Source of the DNA: Leptogorgia sarmentosa
Taxonomy: Eukaryota
Assembly (NCBI GenBank): GCA_964658305.1
Contig: OZ210885.1
Location: 17,608,001 to 17,672,000 of the forward strand
DNA length: 64,000 nt
Direction: 5' to 3'
The notes under the pieces were generated by a model, which had not been told where the DNA came from, ran no database searches, and saw only the letters and a program-made list of their open reading frames with translations. Positions 51,254 through 63,217 of this stretch are shown piece after piece (position 1 is the first letter of the stretch; every line of letters starts with the position of its first letter). The position numbers and the translations under genes were made by a program.

Positions 51254-52976
51254 TAGTCTTGATCTTCGAGTATTCAGCAGCCCCCAGAATAAGGTGTACA
51301 GGTAGGAAGGGTTTGGAATCTGTGTCCTCCATGGATACCCCTTGCAGGTGCTGGTACTGACTGATCAGCTCTGGATAGGCTGGATTACTGACTGATAGAA
51401 GATCTTTGCGATCGACCCTTGTTGCCATCACTGGGATTGAAAAGGTGCCCTTAGTGTCGCAAACATTCAGGCTGTAGACTTCGATATGCTTCGTTATCGT
51501 CCCGGTAATGGTTTGAATGCACCGTGTTAAGGTAGTTGTAGGCTTGATCCTCATGAGGTCGAGAAGGTATGCAGATGCATATGATGTCGTCGCACCAGTA
51601 TCCAGCAGCGCCTGACAGGTAATACCATTTGCTTTCACAAGAACGACCGGGTGGCAAACTCTTCTCTCTTCATGAGTAGCTGTCATTGCAGCTTGCCCAG
51701 GTGGCTGCTCTGCAGGTGGTTTCTCTAGGGTGTCACAAATCGATGAATGATGCTTCTTCTTGCAGTGGAAACAAGTCGCTCGGCTACGGCACTGCGCTGC
51801 CTGGTGTTTGGCGCCAGTACAGTTAAAGCATAATTTCCTTTGTTGCAGTCTTTGTTTGCGCTCGGTTGGTGTAGCGATTCTTTTGCACTCATAGGATTTG
51901 TGATGATCATCATCACAGTAAACACATCCCTTCGACGTTGTGGACTCTTTGGAAAAGAAAGAGTGGTTGCGGTTGTATGGGACCTTAGGATCAGCTAGCG
52001 CTTCCACAGGATGTATTTCTTTCCAATTTTCTAAGGCTTTCAGTAATTCTGTGAACCCCCAATCTTGCCACCCAACTTGATTAGTAACTAGCTCTGCTTT
52101 AATTCCAGGTAACTTGTCTATAATGCCCCGTACCATTGACAGGCACTGCGACAATTTACCCAATGTTTCCAGAGATTGTATGTTGTAGCTCAGGGTTTTG
52201 ATGAATTCATGGATTTTGCTTACTTTCCTACCGGTGATTGTGGGTAGCTCTTGTAGGTTCTTAACATATGCTCGAACAATTTCACTCATATTCCCATGAT
52301 TAGTTTTCAAGATATTCTTAGCTCGGGTGTACCCCTCCAGAGTGAAGGGCAGACCATCAATTTCATCACATACATGGGGCTGTAGTAGTTCTTTTAAGTA
52401 AGAGAACTTGGTTACTGCTGGAAGGTCTGCACTGTCTATTTCGGCTTCAAATTTATTCCAAAAGGACAGCCATCGCTCGTACGTACCATCATATTTTGTT
52501 ATGACTAACTTGGGCATTTTAACATTACTGACCTTGGCTTGTTCTGGTTTTGTCGTCTTGTTAGCGGTTGAACTTAAGCTAGCCATTTGTTCCAGCTTGT
52601 ATTTCTCAAACGTCAGCTCTTCCTCACGTTTTCGGTTAAGCAAATGTCTCTCCATTTCACGTTTCTCGTTCTCAGACCTCGCCTCGGCTTCTTCTAGGTA
52701 TTGATTTAAATGCGCTATTTCATTGTCTGCCTCATCGATCTCGTCTTCTATTTCGGCTTCCCATTTCTGAACGTCTTCGATTGAAGTACCGTCCTGTAAT
52801 TGCTCCTTCTCGGTTTGGATTTTCAGCTCTTCTACTCCCTTGATAATCTTTTCCAATGCTTCCTTGTGGCGAGCAATTTTATAAAGATTTCCTTTCTCTA
52901 AGATCGCTTTTGTTTTGCTTCGTGTAAGCTTCAGTAGCTGTCGCTCGGTGTTTAAATTCTCGCTGTTTTCCGCCAT
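51156..52976 (-). CDS. BEL/Pao gag-protease
   Basis: DUF1759-like gag, three CCHC knuckles, LLDTGA. Confidence 0.9.
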   Translation of the reverse strand: MAENSENLNTERQLLKLTRSKTKAILEKGNLYKIARHKEALEKIIKGVEELKIQTEKEQLQDGTSIEDVQKWEAEIEDEIDEADNEIAHLNQYLEEAEARSENEKREMERHLLNRKREEELTFEKYKLEQMASLSSTANKTTKPEQAKVSNVKMPKLVITKYDGTYERWLSFWNKFEAEIDSADLPAVTKFSYLKELLQPHVCDEIDGLPFTLEGYTRAKNILKTNHGNMSEIVRAYVKNLQELPTITGRKVSKIHEFIKTLSYNIQSLETLGKLSQCLSMVRGIIDKLPGIKAELVTNQVGWQDWGFTELLKALENWKEIHPVEALADPKVPYNRNHSFFSKESTTSKGCVYCDDDHHKSYECKRIATPTERKQRLQQRKLCFNCTGAKHQAAQCRSRATCFHCKKKHHSSICDTLEKPPAEQPPGQAAMTATHEERRVCHPVVLVKANGITCQALLDTGATTSYASAYLLDLMRIKPTTTLTRCIQTITGTITKHIEVYSLNVCDTKGTFSIPVMATRVDRKDLLSVSNPAYPELISQYQHLQGVSMEDTDSKPFLPVHLILGAAEYSKIKTSEPQRTGPVGDPVAEYTVRMDDHVPGCRDQFG

Positions 52977-54574
52977 GTTTCTGGGTTCTTTCGCTTCACA
53001 TATCCCGTCGGAGGTGCCACTTGTAGTAAATAGTCAATATTTCACAGTCACACAACCCAATGTACAAAAAACACAACTTTTAATCGAGTACCAAATCACA
53101 GGGTTTAGACCTTAAGTCACACTCATGCACGTTCGTTTTTTACCCCACGCGTGTCGCGTGTGCGTGCGTGGGTTGTTCGTTATCGACAATTATGCTTGCA
53201 GACACGCTAAGTCGCCAACCATCCAGAACCTACTACCCTCAGTACTGATGAAGTTCATAACTTTCGTTAAAGTAAGTAAAATAAGTTCCGACTTTGTGCA
53301 CACTGACAAATTAGAGGAAATCAACCAGCTATTGACAAGTGAATCTACGACAGCCAAATTTTGTGAGGAAACTGATAAGGACCAAGACCTCAAACAAGTC
53401 AAAACGTATATTCAAGCAGGATAGCCTGAAAATCCGAAAGATCTGCCTCAGACAGTTACTCCGTACTATCACATCCGAGACGAACTGGCAAGCCAAGATG
53501 GCCTGCTGTTTCGAGGAGACCGCCTGGTAATCCCAAAGTCATTACGTCGGCAAATGTTACACGAACTTCACCGAGCTCATCAGGGTCTCGAATCCACAAG
53601 CCGCAGGGCAAGAGAAAATTCTATTTCGTCATTGGACTTCGTCATTAAGGAGTCACATGAGATATGCGCACGCAGATCGAGTGTTCAGTTGCCCGTAGTT
53701 TTACGAGTGATCGGTTGTGTTCTTATCATATGACGAGAAAAAGTCAAGAAATTGAAGAAATTATGACGACGGAGGCAGAAGAACGGGATCTACTTGGCAA
53801 GGACGAAGAGATGCCCAAAGTACTCAAGAATTTAAGCATAGTTTTAACAGGCATGTCGTCCTCTATGACGTCCATGGAGTGGTCACTTAAACAAATGAAT
53901 CACGACGAAAGACGGGAGGACCCTCCAGCCAAAAACAACGAAGATGCGAGGAACACGAGGACGGTGCCGAAAGTGATACTAGCGATGGCGACAATTTGCT
54001 CAGTGCAACAGAACCCCCGGCCGACTCGGCCACAGAGGGTAAAGAAAGTGCTTCATGTGCTCGACTCGAGCAGGACGCTTTGCTAAGTGAAATATCTCAA
54101 GATTTCGACCAGGAAGAGGACCTTGGTCCAAATATAAATCAGCAACTTGCTGATATTATAAACAAATGGTGGTCGGCGAAATTAAACGAGGCAAAAGTGA
54201 AGGAAAAAATGGAGAAATATCTCCAACCCGCCAACTGTGACAAGTTGACAGTCCCGCATATAAACGCTGAAATATGGGACAAACTAGACAACAAAACGAA
54301 ACACCACGATCTGTGTAGTGCGTCCACTCAAAAGTCAATGGCTAAAGTCGGAGCTATTCTCGTGCAGTCAACAGAAATACTTGTGCAAATGCGGCAGAAA
54401 AATTTGACAGAGGTGGACAAGCTTGTGTAATTGAATAGGTTGTTAGGTCACACTTCCTGCGAGCTGTCAATGCGTCGATGTGACGCAATTAAACCAAATT
54501 TACACAAAGACTACAGCAGTCTTTGTGCCTCTCATGTACCAGTAACATCGTTCTTGTTTGGAGATAATCTCCAA

Positions 54575-57500
54575 CAGTGGCGACGGCAGCGGTCATGCAA
54601 GTTGTAAAGGTCAACCTTCAAAGATAGCTCGTCTCGGATCTGGTGGTCTCGCTTCACCGCCACTGTCGCAGCTGTTAGCTCTAACCTCGGAATGGTCGTA
54701 GGTTTGATGGGAGCTACTCCGGATTTTCCCATCACCAGACCGCAATGAATTCGGTCTTCTACATCCGTGATGCGAAGATATGAGACAACCCCATAGCCAT
54801 CCGTCGAAGCATCGGCAAAATGGTGCAACTGTACATCCTTCAATTGATCGGAGGGGGTAGGCTTCAGACATCTCGGAATGCTGATTCTCGCCAACTTAGG
54901 TATTCTCGCCAACTTAGGTAGGTCGTTCAGCCAACGCTCCCACGCTTCTAAAACAGCTTTCGGAATTTCCTCGTCCCATTCCACCTTATCTTTGCACAGC
55001 TGTTGCAGGATCCGTTTAGCTGGTATCACAAATGGTGATGCAAACCCGAGTGGATCGTACAGGGAGCTGACATGTGAGAGAATTCCACGGCGAGTAGGAG
55101 TGCTCGATCTGCTGACAATACGGAATTGGAATTCGTCCTCCTGCACATTCCATTGGACGCCTAGGGCTCTCTCCACCGATAGATCATCGAGGTCCAGACT
55201 GCATACAGAAGGCGCACGCTCACTCTCAGGAACGGAGGCCAGAACTTCTTTGCTATTACTCACGAACTTCGTAAGACGAAAGGAACGCCTCGAGAGCACT
55301 TCGCGCAATTCTTGTATCAGTCGAACAGCCGTCTGAACATCTCTTACGGACTTCAAGCAGTCGTAGACGTAAAAGTTCTTACGGATCGTCTCGACCGTCT
55401 CCGGATCGATCTCTTTCTCGAACTCCTCGGCAACCCTTCTCAAACAGAACCCAGCACAACTAGGCGAAGATTTCGCTCCAAAAAGGTGGACTTGCATCTC
55501 GTACTCTTCCGGTGGTTTATCGTAATCGCTGTCCTCGAAACAGAGAAATCTCAGAAGGCTTCGACATCTCAGTGAGACCCTCACTTGACAGAACATTGCC
55601 TCTATGTCACCCAGAAACGCGACCGAGTCTTCTCTGAACCTGAGCAAGACGCCCAGAAGCCGGTTAGTCATGTCCGGCCCCTGTAGCAGTCGCTTGTTGA
55701 GGGACACTCCTTCAAACTTGGCGGCACAGTCGAATACTATTCTTGGCTTGTCCGGTTTCTGAGGGTGTATCACCTTCACAACTTATATTTTTGCCCCAGA
55801 TCCGCATCCTTCTTCAGTCTCGTCTTGAGCGAATTCAGCCTTCTCTCCGCCTGGCTCTTGTTGTTGGGGAAGCTGCGTCTCTTGCGTCTCTTGCGTAATG
55901 GTAGATCCAGCTGGTAGTGATTCTCTACCACCCCCAGGGACTCATTCATGATGGTCATGGCCTTCTTATCTTCTATCGACATAGCTCTGTCTTGACAACA
56001 TGTCGACTCACTAAAATCCATTTCAAACATCTTGGCGACTCCCTCTCTCAAGACGCCGTCCTGGCTTTGAACGAAGAAGGAATTGACTTCGTTGTCCAAT
56101 GAGCTTCCCATGGGGCCCGCTACTGACCAACCAAGGGGAGTCCTAATTGCATACGGCTCCTTTTTACGACCTCTGCGTTCCTCCAACCTCCAGTGTGCCT
56201 CGGGAACATCTGTACCGATTAGGATTGTCACCTCCTTATCATGTAATTGAGGAATGGAAATTCGTCGAAGTGACGCCATTCAGCGATATCTTCCTCGTTT
56301 GGGATACAATTTCTCGCTACCGACAAGGACTTCACCGACAGAGCATTCGGGATTTCGAGACAGTCTTTCTGCCCCAAACCTTGAAGATATAGAAAGTGTG
56401 ATCTGCCCGATTCTTTGTTCATCGTGGTGAGGGTGAAATCTATCGGGTGTCCGCCCAAATGCAGTTCTTCCACCAAGCTGTGCTTTATGAGGGTGGTGTT
56501 CGACCCTTCGTCTCTTATCGCGTAAGTTATCTTCTCTCGGCCGTTGTCCTTCCCAAACACTCTCACAGGTATCACTCTCAGACACACCCGATTCTTAACA
56601 GTTCCGGTGGTGCCACAGTGGCCAGTCTGAACACTTCCGGTTGGCGTAGCGGGTTGGTCTGGTTTCTTCTCCTCCATTCGATTGGCACTTTTCCTTTCGC
56701 CCTTGGCAGCGGTTTCTACTGGATGGAGCATTGGATGATGACGCTTTCCACACCCTGAAACGAAACAGCCTCGGCTCCTCTTGCACTCACTGGCGACATG
56801 GCCCTTGCCAAGACAAAGGTGGCACAGTCTCCTCGTGTTCACAATGTTCTTCCGTTCTTCATAGGGCTTTCCTTGAAACTTGAAACACTTTTCGACCGTG
56901 TGCCCGTCCCTGTCACAGAATAGGCACTTTGGTTTGGGTGTCACGTTCCCATACCCTTTAGATCCTCCTGACTCTTGTGAACTACGTAGCAAGTGGGAAG
57001 ACACGTTCCTCCCGAATCTGGATCTGTTAACAGATTCCCTTTCATTACTGGGTCTTGCACTTACAAGTCGACCGTATTTGGTGTTGGCCAGTTTTGCCTT
57101 CTTGACAATGAACCTAGTCAGCTGTGCGAAGTTGGGTTCCTTAGCTCGATCTCTTGAATATTGCGCCTCTTTAGCCCATTCGGATCGGAGATACCGTGGA
57201 AGGCGCATTACTATGGAACTCATGTTACTTCTCGCGTTGATATCCGCCTGGTAGCCGAGATTGTTCAAACTCATCTCGCAATTCTCCATGTCCCGTGCGA
57301 GCTGCATCAGCTTTTCGCTTTCATTTTCCTTAATTGGTCCCCCCTTCGTGATCTTATCGATGTGAGACGCTGCAACTATGTGTGTCTGCCCAAACATCTC
57401 ATGCAAAATAGACCTTACCTTAGTAAAACCTTCTTCCGCGGGTAACATCACTGTTCCACTTATTGCTTCTTTTGCCTTTCCACTGCATAGTTGGATTAGG

Positions 57501-59913
57501 AAGTTACGCCTAGCGTTAGGGCTGGGTTCGATATCCTCTATGTTGGTCTTGAAGTTTTCCATAAAACTTGGATACGTCAGAGGATCACCATCGAACGTCA
57601 TGTATTCCCTCCTGGGCATTTCAAATCCTTTGCTTATGGTAGTCCCAATAGTGCTCGTCATCAGGTTAAGGGCTTGTTGTTGATGCTCTAGAATCTGACG
57701 AGTAGTAGTGGCGGGCTCTGGTAATTGCACAACGTTAGAGGAAGGGGCGCCAAGATGTTGAGGGCGATGTTGTATAACAGGATGCTGAGAAACAAATACA
57801 GGAGGTTGGAAACCTTGTGTAGCCGATGGACGCTCGAGATGACCGCCAAACGATGGGAGGCGATCATCGGAAATTTGTTGCTGGTCACCTTCTTGGGGTG
57901 GTATCATGCTGCGGAATGGTTGGATCTGTCGCCAATTGACTCGGGGGTGCTAAACTCTGGCCAGTTTGGGTGGTTTGAGGCAACTGTACCGGTGATGGAT
58001 TGTGGGGTTCCAAATCCGTTTGTTCCGCTTCCACAGCCGTCGCTCCGAGGGTCTTGTCATCGTTGTGCATCTCGCCGGTGGCCATAGGATGGTCAATCTG
58101 TTCTAATGGGTCCAACTCTTCAGGATATCCATCACCTCGATTCGATCTTAAATCTGGATCCATGTCGTCGCGTTCCAGCTGCTCGTACATTTGCTCCTGA
58201 CCGAATGCTTAGCGCGGGGGCGGATCTGGATATCCCCTGCTGGGTTCTCCTTGTACCAGGTCCAGTAACTCTGATCGGACATGTAGAATGTGCTCTTTCT
58301 GATAATCCGACCCTATTTACCCATTCTGTGGTATAATCTTGTTCGGTCGAATAGCTCCTGAGCTGATCTCCGGGTGGAAGAGGGTCCTCAACGCCCCTAA
58401 CTGCATCCATATTTAGACGTCCTGCATAGTTCCTTTTCCCATTCATCGTATTCATTCAATGCGAACGACGTTCGAGGGTACCCGTTTTATTGCGTTTAAT
58501 AAATCACGTCTATAATATCACGTTTACCAGTAAACGCTGTGTAAGACTACCACAAAGCTTCGTCGAATGGGTAGAACTTCATGTAAGATAACTTATCTGT
58601 ATAATACTGTCGCAAAATGCTTCGATTCGAAATAACAATAATAATCCAAATAATCCAAATACGAATAGCGTAAAGGTAGTCAGAAACTGTGAAGGTCAAC
58701 CAGAGGGCTTCAGTGAAACGCACGTTAAATCAAAATAACCGACAAAGTATCAACACGATAACATTTATTTTCTCCAGCATGTACGCATGTGCTTGTATGT
58801 GTGTGTGTGGTTTCTAAACAATGAATTTACAAAACTATATCAACGACAATACGAACACAATTACAATCGACAAAGACAAATACCTGACTGTTAGTCCTCC
58901 ACAATATATACTATCGAACTACGACTATAACTATTCAATCTCAACAAAATGTCACTCGATCCAAAGAAAAACATGTGTCTTGTTTTGCCCAACCGCGGGC
59001 TAACCCCTTGGATCCGGGCTGGACCGACTTGTCTTTGAGCGGTATTTTCGCTAAGTGTTCTCGAATGTTATTGATTTCGGCTTTGTTACCATGACAACAG
59101 AGCGGTCATGCAGATTTTACATGCATGACCGCTTGCGCAATTAGCACAAACGCGTGGAAAACGATTGCGTGGATTTGCAATATAATATATACAAATCGTC
59201 GCGTACTGAACAAAGGATCTTAAATGAGTAAATCATAAAGAGCACGCTACTTCTGCGTCGTAATAATATATCCAGTTTATTCACAGTATCAGGCTAACGT
59301 TAAATTTAGTTTTGTATGCCTCTATCTGGTTAAATTCTTTTAGTATCGAAAATTCTGTAAGTCCCCAGCATGTCGTGTAAACAAACATTAACAACCCAAG
59401 CTTAGTGAAGCCTTGTGAAGTCTAGTTTCATTGCCGATATATAAAGAACATCTTAATTGTTTTATCAACGTATTCAAACATGTTGGCCACATTATATTAT
59501 CATCAAATAACATCATCGTTCTCCGGATTTTCATTCACTTGCAATGAAGAACAGCTTGACATGCTTGATTGCCCACGAGAAGACATGTTCATTCAGGCTG
59601 AGAACAAAGAGGCTGTGTATTCGGGTTGGCTGCCTGTTAGTCATGCAAATCGAAAATTGCATGACCAAACCTTCAAAATTATCCGCATTGCGCGTGCGCG
59701 ATCGCCTCTAACCAATCAGAAACTAATTAACCTTACTATAAAATAATACAGCTAGTCATGAAATTTGAAAATGCATGACCACACCACTCAGCTGGAAATG
59801 GCGATTCTGGGGGTCTATATTTCAAAATTTTCCCAGGGGCGAATCCCCCCGGACCCCCCTAATTGTGGTGGGTCTTTTTCATGACCAAACGACAAAGGCT
59901 GGCATCGCCACTG
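54575..59913. mobile_element. hAT-type non-autonomous element containing a BEL/Pao insertion
   Basis: CAGTGGCGACGGCAGC / GCTGGCATCGCCACTG with 8-bp TSD ATCTCCAA (54567-54574, 59914-59921). Confidence 0.88.
54603..59099 (-). mobile_element. 3'-truncated BEL/Pao element (5' LTR ~58688-59099, gag, protease, RT-RNase H; no integrase)
   Basis: Gag CCHC x3 (56228-57907), [21 protein letters not shown] (mutated YVDD), [14 protein letters not shown]. Confidence 0.88.
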
Positions 59914-60976
59914 ATCTCCAAACAAGACTTAATGATATCCGTGCCTCAAACAAAATCAGTAAGACTACAGTGCCAGATAGATATAGCCAAGGGAAAGGCC
60001 GTAGTCGTTTCGCAACTGGATGGACAAATAATACAAACTCCGGCACGGAAAACAAATATCGACGGGGAAATCATTTTTTATCCAAAGGCCGACAGTGGAA
60101 ACAGCATCCCCCGAAATCATCTTTCCAGTCCAAGAAGGACTCGCAAGGAAAGAACCAGCTGTGGCAATGAACACAGCACAGAACTCTGTTTTAGCAAATT
60201 TACAGGTGAGCAATTTAGCGGAGTCACTGCCTGACATTCTAAAGTTTTTCAACTTGAAAACCGAATGTTTTAAAGCAGGTCAAATATCAGATAGAATGAC
60301 CGAATGGCGTAAAATTAAGTCTGATGCAGAAGTGCTCTGCACTGTGGCTGGGGAACAAATTGAATTTACTTCTCTGCCACAACAAAATAATTATAAAGCT
60401 AAAAAATTTTCAGAGCCGGAAAGCAATATAATTGGGCAGGAAGTTAAAAAATTATTAGGCAAAGAGGTTATTGTTGAATCCCCACACGAAACGGATGAAT
60501 TTATTTCTCCTATATTTCTTTGACCAAAGCCAGATGGGTCGCATAGATTAATACTAAATTTAAAAAAGCTGAATGAAAACGTTGTATATAGGCATTTCAA
60601 AATGGACTCCATTTGGACTGCTATTAGCTTAATGAAGCCAAATTGTTACATGGCATCAATTGATTTAAAGGATGCATATTACTCGGTTCGAGTTTGTGCT
60701 AACCACCAGAAATATTTAAAATTCCTCTGGAATGGCAGGGTATATAAATTTACATGTTTACCCAATGGTAAATTGGGTAAATTGGGCCCAATGGGCCCAA
60801 CAACAACGACGGAAATGACAACAACACGTGCTGTTGCTTTCCGAATGTATTTCTAATTTTTCTGAGCAATCACATGGTTGAGTATCAGTAAACATCTCCA
60901 AATTCTCACTGTAAACAACTGGTGAACAGATCTAATAACATTCCAAGCTTGAAGAACGCTTAATCGAAGCGATATT

Positions 60977-62983
60977 TTGAAATATTATAATCTGGAAAAA
61001 GCCGACCACGAGGAACCTAAGATGGAGTCTCACATGTCACCAGACCAAACTTTAAAAAGATACCGAATTGATCACTTGAAAACGAACAGCTGCGAAAGTG
61101 TACCCTACGAAGAAATGAACTACAATATATACAAGCCAAGTGTGAACACGGTTGCCTTCCAAACATCGGCAGAACGACTTCCACTATGGATAAAAGCTCT
61201 ACTTCGACGATACCATGAGTCGCCAACTTACAACGACGAAACCAACGAGATAGAGACCCACTGGAGCGAACACAGCGAGCCCACACACCCAGAAAGATGC
61301 AAAAAAATAATCTTAGAGATTCTATCTAAGAAAGAAGTAATGTTAACGATCACCGTATTCATATCAACCGGTCGAATCCACATCGTCGGTTGATATTTCA
61401 GAGAGTGGGAAACAGAAGAGTTCGAGCACATGGTCTCCATGGTCAACAACGGAAGCACAGACATGGAAATCGCAGACAACGAGACTTTCCTGAAGACTGT
61501 CATGAAAGAAAAGATCAAACCAAGCCACATCAAAAAAGAAAACACGCTAGTCAATAGCGTCTCACCGAAAGCGACGACAGACTCCCCACGTGATAAAACA
61601 TTCTCGATGATAAAATTACACCTATCAAACCTCGAAGTTGACTTTGTTTCCTTTAAAGAAAAAACAAATGAGAAAATAAAGGAACTAAACAACACAATTC
61701 AGAGGAAGGATGAAGAGATAACAATACTAAAGAATGAAATATCCTCCCTAAAGTCAGTAAACAATGACAAACAACAAACAATCAGTGAACTTTCGAGCAA
61801 ACAATTGCTTATGGAAGAAGAAATCAATAAAATAAGCAGGGAACATGACAAGCATAAAAAGCTAATCGAAAACATAAGCAAGAAACAAGACACCCCCAAA
61901 GCAGGAACAACCACAGAAAAAACCCCACCTCCCACTACAAACAATGACAACAACGAACACACCTATAGCATCCCAACGTCAAATAACTTTGACATACTAG
62001 ATAAGAAAACTACCAATCTCCCAGTACCAGACGAAACCGATCGAGAAAATATCAACAAAAACCAACCAGACCCCACATCAACAACCCCACAAAAAGCTGA
62101 CAACAACCCCAAGAATACACCAACAAGCCCAGAGAAAGATGACAACAAAGACAACAAAGCTAAACCAATAGAGACTATCATCCTATGCGATAGCAATGGA
62201 CGATACCTAAAGCCAGAAATATTATGCCCCGATTCACACGCCCAATACATCAGATGCCCAACCCTCGGCGATGCAGTAAACCTCATTAACAACTCCAACT
62301 TCACTGCTGCAAAATGTTTTATCCTGCACTGTGGTACCAACGACCTAGAGAGAGTCAAATCGGAGTCAGATCTCATTCACCTGACTGAAAAAACAATAAA
62401 AGCCATCCACGAGAAATACCCAAATGTTAGAATCATCATCTCTGGCCTCCTACCAAGAAAAGACCCCCTGAACAGAAAAGTAGCCCCCTTCAACCATAAC
62501 CTTGAGAAGATCTTAGCTCAAAATCAAAACACTACATTTGTCAACCACAGAAACATCAAACCCGAAGACATGAAAGACAAGAAACATCTACCACAAGATA
62601 AAATAAAATACCTAGCCAAGAACCTGAAAGCAGCCTTCTTCAATACAAAACCCAAGAACCACACAAGGACACCCAAACCAGAACAACCTCACAGGAACCA
62701 AAGAGAATTCCCCAATAGAAGAAACCCCATACCCAACCTCTACAACCCAGTACCCCACTTACCAATGCCAACCCCACCATATCCATTCCCCCCACAACTA
62801 CCCCCCAAACCCCAGTTCAATCCACCAGCAATACCTCACCGACAATCAACTCCCTATCAGTATCCTATCAGTATCCGATCAACACCAAGCCAAGTCCACC
62901 CCTGCCCTATCAAGCCTCAAGCCGCATGTCCGAACTCATCAAGGAGCTGTACAGATGCCTCAACTAGGACAACCCGTATGTAA
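60977..62983 (+). pseudogene. LINE ORF1 with coiled coil and SGNH esterase domain; one in-frame TGA at 61391
   Basis: LCDSNG, HCGTND, DKKH blocks. ORFs 60977-61393 and 61430-62983 are in the same frame. Confidence 0.8.
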
Positions 62984-63217
62984 GTGTTTCTATATATTTT
63001 ATCAATTTTATATATATCCTATTATACTATATATTATTTATTATATCTTATTATACTATCTATTAACTTGAACCCATTATAGATAGATTAGTTCAACTAT
63101 ACACAAATTTAAGTTAAAAAAGGAAATTTGACAATGTTTACTGTAGGCTCTACCATTGATTGATTGATTAATTAGTTAATTAGCTAGTAGATAACCAGGA
63201 AGAAATAACCAAAAGTG

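Larger units (their letters stand above)
47502..53188 (-). mobile_element. Near-intact BEL/Pao LTR retrotransposon
   Basis: LTRs 47502-47676 and 53022-53188, identical by eye except an 8-bp duplication. ATTA duplicated at the flanks. PBS TGGCACCTCCGACGGGA. Confidence 0.97.
42160..53617 (+). mobile_element. Degenerate Gypsy relic in three pieces (42160-43630, 47358-47501, 53189-53617)
   Basis: Gag (NWKRFKRSWDNY, CCHC), RNase H (QCDASDHGLGA, YAQIEKEL, GRPFTV|ESDHKPLE, GTEI|MLADTLS), integrase start (ELHRAHQG). Most of the RT is deleted. Confidence 0.85.
53620..60768 (+). mobile_element. Second DIRS-type element: gag-like ORF (~53760-54574 + 59922-60170) and RT start (60167-60768)
   Basis: Gag restored across the insertion as LFGDNLQ|TRLNDIRASNKI. 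RT motifs HRLILNLKKLN, MASIDLKDAY, YKFTCLPNG, then truncated by a LINE. Confidence 0.8.

Noticed and set aside
54885..54920. [12 protein letters not shown] repeat as a functional motif
   Set aside because: 18-bp tandem duplication in a dead copy whose YVDD is mutated.
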